Source: Bugula neritina
Lineage: Eukaryota > Animalia > Bryozoa
Direction of reading: 5' to 3'
Length of the DNA stretch: 64,000 nt
Assembly (NCBI GenBank): GCA_964035545.1
Contig: OZ037771.1
Location: forward strand, 1,933,628-1,997,627
The notes under the pieces are model-generated. The model searched no databases. It saw only the letters and a list, made by a program, of their open reading frames with translations, and was not told the DNA's origin. Position numbers and translations under genes: made by a program. Of this stretch, positions 61,601 to 64,000 are shown piece by piece (position 1 is the first letter of the stretch; every line of letters begins with the position of its first letter).

Positions 61601-63716
61601 GGCTTGCTATTGTGTTATCATTTGAGCGCTTTTTTTACCCAAGCCTGAGTTAAACCAAAGATTTTGATATTTTAAACGCAGAGTTCTCCTTTATATTTAA
61701 ATTTAATGCAATTGGTTATGGCCTAAGAATAAGATAATGATAATTTTACTTTTTATTAATTTGTTCTAATTAGAACAGTTTTGGTTAACAATAAAACTTT
61801 CACTCATTATAAAACATAAGAAAAAATGATTTTAAATAACAAGTTATATTAGCATATGAACACATATTAGTATTTGCTGCTCTTACATAGACGTGCAATG
61901 TGAACAGCTGTAGGTGTGTACAAATTAGTATGATCTCAGGCTATGTTATATGTCTGCTAACTGTTCTCAGGCTACGCTGCCGCTGCCTATTCCTCCGCTG
62001 GTTATGGTGGAGCCACACAACTCGAGTGTCTACCGACTGACCCGTCATGGCACCCGGATTCTAACACCGATTTCCTGTCGTCAACGCTGCTCACCACGGC
62101 TAAATTTTCTTTAGGTTTATAGAATTATTTACTCATTACGGCTAAACTTTCTATAGGTTTGTGGGAATTATCTACTCACCACTCGAGATTTTCTGCATCA
62201 AAATATGGCCACCGGATGGCATAATATTAGTTTTAAGAGATGGTTGCAATTTGAATGAAAAATTATAAGTTAGAATGATGGCTAGATACGTAGATAAAGG
62301 TCTACATCTCCACATTTATTTTAAAATTTAAAGCAACTATGTGCAGATGGTAATTGGTTTATGAGAAGTTATCAACTCCCTAAACTATTTCCATATTAAA
62401 GCTGCAATGTTATTATTACAGACTAGCTGTTTTAAAATAGTTAGAGCTTTTCTGTAACACAAGTTTTACCATTGTTTTTATTTAAAAAACCTCTTGCTTT
62501 CTTGCTTCCCCTTTTGTGACAACATGTAACAGTGCGCTTTTATATCCCACAGGCCAACATGATGGAGTTTTCCCCTCTACAGCAGAAAACTCTGTAATTG
62601 AATGCGCAGTATGCTTTACCAGGAAACCAACTACGGTGGGTTCAGAATCTGTCTCAATTATTTTAATTAATAAAGTTGTGGATTAAAAGCATACCTCGTG
62701 ATACTAGATCATGCTACATCTATTCATATTCGTGGGAATCATTGTACAGAATAGATCCCATAAATGTCCTTCAGAGAGTTTAAATATGTGCAACAGCCAC
62801 TATGTGCTATGTGGTGGTCACAGTATTATTGTAGTCTCACTCAAACTTTTGTTTTAGTTTTTCAATTAAGTTAGTAAAATGTTGCAAGGTTTAGTATATT
62901 GTGTTTTAGCTGATGATACCAGGGTGGGTGAATTGTCCCCCCTCATGGCGCAGAGAATACACAGGCTATTTGATGTCAACCCCAGGTATTATCATACAAC
63001 TTGTTGTATTATCTAATTGCACAACTATTTCAATTTTGTGCTACAAAAATATGTAGGTTTGGTGAAAACCAACAATTTTTACCTCGAAGAGTGTAACTGC
63101 ATGCACTTTGTACTACAAAATGTTGACTTCTTTGAAAGCAGAAAAAAATCGTATAAGCTTATCTTATCTTTTGAACACATATAAATATTTTGTGTTTTGC
63201 AATCGCCTCAGTATTTGTTACTGCTATGCTGTTAATATTTCATAAGACCATATTGTGCCTGTGAATGTTTTGAATTACTGCATGCCTAATAGTGTACGAA
63301 ACCCTCAAAATTATTTTTTTTGTACTTTCATCAAAGCCCAATAGTTGAAGTTTTGATAAATTTCTATAATTCTGCATAAAATAATGAGTATAGTGTACAA
63401 CTGCACATATTTTGGTATTTCAAAAATAATTAAAACTTTAGACAAACAATGCTGTTCATGGGAATTTCATACAATTATTTGTTAATTCTCAATCTTCTTT
63501 GCTCTTCTAACAGGCATAGCCTCAGAGTTTTATTTTTCTTCAAAAAACTACTGTGTGGATAGGAACCCCGACACATACTTCACTGGCCATAACGACACAA
63601 ATGGACTGCAGCTAACGTTTGTTCAAGCCGGCCACTGTTTCCAGCGAGCTGCTCCGTGCACTGAATACAGGAAGAGGAAAAGGATTAGTTGTGCCGTTTG
63701 CTCCAAACTCAAGTAG
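58697..63716 (+). CDS. Paralog C: type II membrane protein with C-terminal short-chain collagen C4-like domain (8 exons)
   Basis: TM VVWKIVITTVASVFIAYSLYEV; KERRS. Domain: GSTFVRWGKPSCP / GYAAAAY..GGATQLECLP / IECAVC / LMIPGWVNCPPSWRREYTGYLMSTP / YCVDRNPD..CAVCSKLK*. Confidence 0.8.
60525..60770. repeat. Compound ~43-bp minisatellite built from 10-11-bp subunits (CAAGTATTGCT/CAAGTGTTACT/CAGGACTAGT/CAGGTGTTACT)
   Basis: Directly visible, mid-intron in paralog C. Confidence 0.9.
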
Positions 63717-64000
63717 ATAGAAAGGGCACTCGGTTATATCGTTACCAAGCACCTGAAGACACCCGTCATTGACACATCCTTGTTTACATTGCAGTAAATG
63801 AGTATTATTATATTTATCAGTATATTAGATATTTCTCCTTGTAAAATGCATTTTACATAAGACTTCATGATTTGCTATATAACCAGAGTCATTACTTTTT
63901 GTAGATAGTGTGTGTAGTTTTTTAGATCAATCATTTTTCATTTTTGACTACCGGCCAGCATACAAATATTTTAAGAAAGCCCTTCTGTGGCTGTTGAAAT

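Overview
Intron-rich, AT-rich animal genomic DNA, probably from an invertebrate; the species cannot be determined from the sequence. I assembled the spliced genes by eye. In order: a C4orf33/UPF0462 homolog (-), SAP130 (-), a single-pass LRR+FN3 receptor-like gene (+), POLA1 (+), and three tandem paralogs (+). The paralogs encode type II membrane proteins ending in a short-chain-collagen-C4/spongin NC1-like Cys domain but have no Gly-X-Y helix. Between paralogs 2 and 3 is an apparently intact, very young Ty3/Gypsy LTR retrotransposon. It has 719-bp LTRs, an ATAC target-site duplication, a tRNA-Leu primer site, a UUUAAAC + hairpin -1 frameshift signal, and a long C-terminal Pol extension. The most striking unexplained pattern is that many intronic tandem repeats are seeded from, or contain, the adjacent exon-intron junction, producing arrays of decoy splice sites. 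Exon coordinates are manual and unverified by transcripts.
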